A DNA stretch of 64,000 nucleotides, taken from positions 129,306-193,305 of the forward strand of contig JACRDN010000016.1 of NCBI GenBank assembly GCA_016218575.1, read 5' to 3'. Position 1 is the stretch's first letter; every line of letters begins with the position of its first letter. The translations under genes and the position numbers were made by a program. The notes beneath the pieces are model-generated. The model saw only the letters and a program-made list of their open reading frames with translations. It did not search any database and was not told the origin of the DNA. Shown here in pieces: positions 60,818-64,000 of this stretch. The DNA comes from Elusimicrobiota bacterium (GTDB lineage: Bacteria > Elusimicrobiota > Elusimicrobia > UBA1565 > UBA9628).

Positions 60818-62739
60818 CGCAGCCAGCGCTCCGCCCACATCTGGAAATTAAGCATCAGCATCACTTTTTCGGCGCGCCCGCCCCGATACTTGTAAAAAGA
60901 GTCCAATTCGCGCCTGGCCGCGCGCTCGTCCAATATCCCCACGCGCCGGATGCTGTCGGGAGAGAGATAGTCCAAGGCCAGGGGCTTCCAAGGCCCCCTC
61001 AGCCAGTCGTAAAGCGGAATGGAAAAGCCCCTCTTGGGGGAGTTGAGCACGGCCTGGGAAATCCAGGGGCTCACGGCGGCCTTGAGCACCCGCTTATGCG
61101 TCCCGTTCTCATAAAGATAGTCGAGAGGCAGGGAGAACGCGAACTCGACCAAGCGATGGTCCAGGAAAGGGTCCCGGCACTCTAGCCCCACGGCCATGGA
61201 AGCGCGGTCCACCTTGCAGAGGATGTCCTCGCCGAGGAAAGCGGACAGGTCCGCGCGCATCATGCGATCGATCAGCCCCCTTTCGCCGTCCCGGGACGTC
61301 TGCCCGAACTCGGCCCCTCGGGCAAAGCCCCCGTTCCCCGTGCCCAGGATATCCCCCACGCTCCGCGCGGTCCAGCCCTTCTCATTGCTGATCCGGATGA
61401 GGTCGTCGTGGCCTCGCACGGGCAGGAGATCGAGCATTTTCTCGTAGCGGGCCGCGGTCTGCGGGTTCCAGCGCGAGCCCTCGCGCAGCGCGAGAGCCGC
61501 CGAGATAAGAGACCGGTAGGGCAGGCGGCGCAGGGCAGCCGAGAGGATCGACCGCAAGGGCGCGGGGAAACGGCTCAGGCGGCGGTAGCGCGCCTCGTAG
61601 GCGGGGTAGCTCTCGTAGCCGCAGAACAGCTCGTCTCCCCCATCGGCGGAAAGGACCACCTTGACCCTCTCCCGCGCCAGGGCGCAGACCATGGAGGTGG
61701 GAATGCCGGAGGCGTCGCCGAAGGGCTCGTCCCATATCTCCACGAAGCGCAGGAGCGCCTCCTGGGCCTGTACGGCGCTCAAGGTCCTCACCGTGTGCCT
61801 GAGGTCCAGATCCCGCGCCACGCGGCGGGCCTTGGGAGACTCGTCATAGGCCGGTTCGTCGAAGCCGATGGTGATGTGCTCCAAGTCCGCGCCCGCCCGC
61901 CTCTTCAAGAACGCGGCCAAAAACGACGAGTCCACGCCCCCGGAGAGAAAAACCCCGACGGGCACATCGGAGACCAGGCGATAGGAGAAGGCGCTGTCGC
62001 AAAGGGTGGAGAGCTCCTCCACGGCCCTCGCGAAGGTGCCGGAGTAGGAGCCCCTCTCGACCCCATCCAGGCTCCAGTAGCGCCAAAGGCGCGCCCCGCC
62101 GTCCGCCTCCACGCGCAAACAGTGCCCCGCCGGCAGCTTGAAGGAGTTCTTGTAAACCGTGGCTTCTCCCAAGGTGTAGCCGAAGCGGAAAAATTGCTCC
62201 AAGCCCTTAGGCAAAAGCTCGCGCCGGAAATCGGGATGGGCGTAAAGGGCCTTGAGCTCGGAGCCGAACAAGAGGCCCTTGGCGGTCTTCTGGTAATAGA
62301 GAGGCTTGACGCCCAGGCGGTCCCGGACCAAGGTGAGGGCTTGGGCGCGCGCGTCCCACAGGGCGAAGGCGAACATCCCGATGAAGCGCTCCAAGGCCGC
62401 CTCGAGGCCCCAGCGGTGGACGGCGTTGAGGACCACCTCGGTGTCCGTGCCTCCCGCGAAGCGGTAGCCCGCGGCCTCGAGCTCGGGGCGGATCTCGCGG
62501 TAGTTGTAGACCTCTCCGTTGAAGACGATGGCCAGAGCCTTGTCCTCGCTCCACATGGGCTGGCGGCCCGCAGGCGAGAGGTCGAGTATGGATAACCGGC
62601 GGTGGGCGAGTCCCAAGCGGCCCTCGCAGTGCAGGCCCTGATCATCCGGCCCGCGATGGACCAAGGCGTCGGCCATGGCGCGCAGGGCCGCCGCGTTGGC
62701 CGGCGCGCCGAAGCTGAGCTCCCCCGCTATGCCGCACAT
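60814..62739 (-). CDS. Asparagine synthase (glutamine-hydrolysing)-family amidotransferase, AsnB/WbpS-like
   Basis: 641 aa from MCGIAG (N-terminal nucleophile Cys directly after Met; the ORF extends 10 codons upstream). Gln-amidotransferase class-II domain plus the PP-loop synthetase domain SGGVDSS. Confidence 0.85.
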   Translation of the reverse strand: MCGIAGELSFGAPANAAALRAMADALVHRGPDDQGLHCEGRLGLAHRRLSILDLSPAGRQPMWSEDKALAIVFNGEVYNYREIRPELEAAGYRFAGGTDTEVVLNAVHRWGLEAALERFIGMFAFALWDARAQALTLVRDRLGVKPLYYQKTAKGLLFGSELKALYAHPDFRRELLPKGLEQFFRFGYTLGEATVYKNSFKLPAGHCLRVEADGGARLWRYWSLDGVERGSYSGTFARAVEELSTLCDSAFSYRLVSDVPVGVFLSGGVDSSFLAAFLKRRAGADLEHITIGFDEPAYDESPKARRVARDLDLRHTVRTLSAVQAQEALLRFVEIWDEPFGDASGIPTSMVCALARERVKVVLSADGGDELFCGYESYPAYEARYRRLSRFPAPLRSILSAALRRLPYRSLISAALALREGSRWNPQTAARYEKMLDLLPVRGHDDLIRISNEKGWTARSVGDILGTGNGGFARGAEFGQTSRDGERGLIDRMMRADLSAFLGEDILCKVDRASMAVGLECRDPFLDHRLVEFAFSLPLDYLYENGTHKRVLKAAVSPWISQAVLNSPKRGFSIPLYDWLRGPWKPLALDYLSPDSIRRVGILDERAARRELDSFYKYRGGRAEKVMLMLNFQMWAERWLR

Positions 62740-63947
62740 GCGCCGCAACCCCTCGCCATCTCCGCCCAAATCCCGGCCAAGCGCGCCACCTTGTCGTCAA
62801 CGAGGTAGCGGGAAAATACCGTGCGGCGGGCTTCCTGGCCGAGCCTGGCGCGCAGGCCGGGATCGGACAATAATTGCCGCCAACGCCGGGCCAGAGCCTC
62901 GACGTCCCCGGGAACCACGAGGCAGCCATTTTCCCCATCCTGGATGGCTTCCCGCAACCCGCCGACGGCCGAGGCGATCACGGGCTTGCCCAAGGCCATG
63001 GACTCGAGCACGGCTCGGCCGAAACCCTCGGCCAGGCTGGGATGGACGATGAAGTCCATGAGGCTGGCGATTTCAAGGGCGTCCTTGCGCCAGCCGGTGA
63101 AGACCACGCGCTCGGCGATGCCGAGCTTATCCGCCAAGGCCTCGAGCTCCCCTTTGTAGGACCGGTACTCGTCCACCACATGGTCGCCCACGAGGTAAAG
63201 CTTGAGCCGCGGGAACTCCCCTGCCAGACGCGCCAGGGCCTCCAGGGCGAAATGCTGGCCCTTGGGCCGGTAAAGCTGGGCCAGCACCGCGACGTTGAGG
63301 CTATCGGGGTCGATGCCGAGCTCCCGCCGGAGGGCCGAATGGTCCCGGCCCTCGACCTCATGAATCAGGGCCGGATCCATCCCTATGCGCAAAATGTCTA
63401 TCTTGCGCGAAAACCACCTCACCAGAAGCGGATAGCGGTCGTCGCGGTTGTGCGGGGCGAAGAACAGTATCTTGGAGGCCAGAACGAAGCAAATCCGATC
63501 TATGATGGGATTGGCGAGTTCGCCTTTGACGTAAAGAAGAGAGGGCACCCCGGCAAGCCTCGCCCCGACCCCAACGCACATCTGCGCGCGCACGCAGTTG
63601 GAGTAAATCACCTCGATGCCGCGCTCGCGCAGGAAGCGCCAGACCCGGAAATTGTAGCGGACCAGGTCCGCGGCGGATTTGAGCTTGGCCAAAGGGCCCG
63701 CCCTCAACAAGGCCTGGCCGTAGCGCCCCAGGGCTCCCGGGGGAGGGAGCACCACGCATTCGACTCCCATGGCCCGGAAGCGCTCGAGTGCTGCGCCCTC
63801 CATCGGCGCCACCACAATGGGATGGAATCGCTCCCGATCAAGGCGCTCAAGAATCAATCGCTGAGTCAGGAAATTGCCCCCCAATCCCATCGGATAGGGC
63901 TCGTAGAAGGCGGTCCGGACGGGGCCCATCATCTTTTCGGAGCTCAA
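62727..63947 (-). CDS. GT4-family (GT-B) glycosyltransferase
   Basis: 406 aa. C-terminal GT4 block GFGRAVLESMALGKPVIASAVGGLREAIQDGENGCLVVPGD. TTG start overlaps the stop of an upstream gene that continues beyond the window. Confidence 0.75.
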   Translation of the reverse strand: MSSEKMMGPVRTAFYEPYPMGLGGNFLTQRLILERLDRERFHPIVVAPMEGAALERFRAMGVECVVLPPPGALGRYGQALLRAGPLAKLKSAADLVRYNFRVWRFLRERGIEVIYSNCVRAQMCVGVGARLAGVPSLLYVKGELANPIIDRICFVLASKILFFAPHNRDDRYPLLVRWFSRKIDILRIGMDPALIHEVEGRDHSALRRELGIDPDSLNVAVLAQLYRPKGQHFALEALARLAGEFPRLKLYLVGDHVVDEYRSYKGELEALADKLGIAERVVFTGWRKDALEIASLMDFIVHPSLAEGFGRAVLESMALGKPVIASAVGGLREAIQDGENGCLVVPGDVEALARRWRQLLSDPGLRARLGQEARRTVFSRYLVDDKVARLAGIWAEMARGCGACAA

Positions 63948-64000
63948 TGCCGCGTCGCCGCCGCGTTAAGTTCCGCCGGAGGCGAGAGCCCCGGGGCTTG
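63944..64000 (-). CDS. 3' end (last 18 codons) of a further minus-strand gene continuing past the window edge
   Basis: In-frame high-GC3 codons ending at TGA 63944-63946, which overlaps the TTG start of the GT4 gene (TTGA), matching the coupling pattern of the operon. Confidence 0.3.
   Translation of the reverse strand, partial: QAPGLSPPAELNAAATRH

Noticed and set aside
18083-63759. Similar antisense ORFs throughout the rest of the window: 18083-18871, 18544-19512, 21586-22254, 22293-23156, 24037-25362, 24968-25912, 27525-28376, 29893-30669, 31318-32590, 32539-33861, 32763-33770, 37841-38572, 39663-40364, 41358-42332, 47145-48116, 49902-51157, 52296-53401, 53290-54372, 54516-55580, 55556-56485, 56503-57324, 57949-59040, 59102-59773, 61408-62645, 62821-63759.
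   Set aside because: Same reasoning. They overlap confidently assigned genes on the other strand or frame and have no family motifs. They are high-GC artefacts.
1-64000. tRNA, rRNA, CRISPR arrays, transposases and integrases.
   Set aside because: All intergenic regions are 180 bp or shorter, apart from the roughly 300-bp window edge and the 340-bp metH leader. None shows tRNA cloverleaf hallmarks (GTTCGA/T-loop). There are no short regularly spaced repeats. No ORF has DDE or tyrosine-recombinase signatures.

Overview
High-GC (~65%) Gram-negative chromosomal window that is densely coding on both strands. Adjacent genes are very often coupled by overlapping stop/start codons (ATGA, GTGA, TTGA, TAATG).

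Main blocks:

(1) 338-12241, minus strand. A type IV pilus assembly operon, pilM-pilN-pilO-pilP-pilQ, runs without a break into five further genes: a Wzy_C/O-antigen-ligase-like membrane protein, two YfhO-like GT-C membrane proteins, a UPF0104 flippase-like protein and a Zn-ribbon SAM methyltransferase. A strong intrinsic terminator follows at 131-161. This looks like a pilus-linked protein-glycosylation module.

(2) 12420-19528, plus strand. A seven-gene cassette in which every junction overlaps: HAD hydrolase, nucleotidyltransferase, ATP-grasp ligase, class-III aminotransferase, Gfo/Idh/MocA dehydrogenase, a fused nucleotidyltransferase + CDP-alcohol phosphatidyltransferase, and myo-inositol-1-phosphate synthase. 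It is predicted to make a CDP-activated, aminated inositol-phosphate derivative, either a lipid head group or a compatible solute. This is the most likely undescribed system in the window.

(3) 20746-31881, plus strand. bamA-skp-lpxD-lpxC-fabZ-lpxA-lpxI-(Gfo/Idh/MocA)-lpxB-msbA. The extra oxidoreductase sits inside the lipid A operon, and lpxI appears to start at a CTG codon.

(4) 31874-43498, housekeeping. ZIP transporter, an unusually short Rel/SpoT (480 aa), rpmB, recG, a secreted HExxH protein (basic-secretory-protein family), metH and coaD.

(5) 44029-49442, plus strand. A secreted peptidase island: M14 carboxypeptidase, a secreted hypothetical protein, M3 oligopeptidase, and an HExxH protein.

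(6) 49439-64000, minus strand. A surface-glycan biosynthesis operon: PglF/CapD-like dehydratase, lipoprotein, three methyltransferases, class-I and DegT aminotransferases, a split transketolase, PglC-like phosphoglycosyltransferase, two GT4 transferases, a kinase-like protein and an AsnB-like amidotransferase. It continues past the window edge.

Non-coding signals: a 36-bp palindromic element present in two copies (20708-20743, 34128-34163) that carry a compensatory base-pair change; a shared extended -10 (TGATATAAT) with short leaders upstream of two glycan-operon genes; a three-copy AATTCGGTNAC inverted/direct repeat at the metH-coaD junction; paired GGACCA-N-TGGTCC palindromes upstream of the M14 gene.

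No rRNA, tRNA, CRISPR array or mobile-element gene was found. The many long ORFs antisense to the listed genes are treated as high-GC artefacts.
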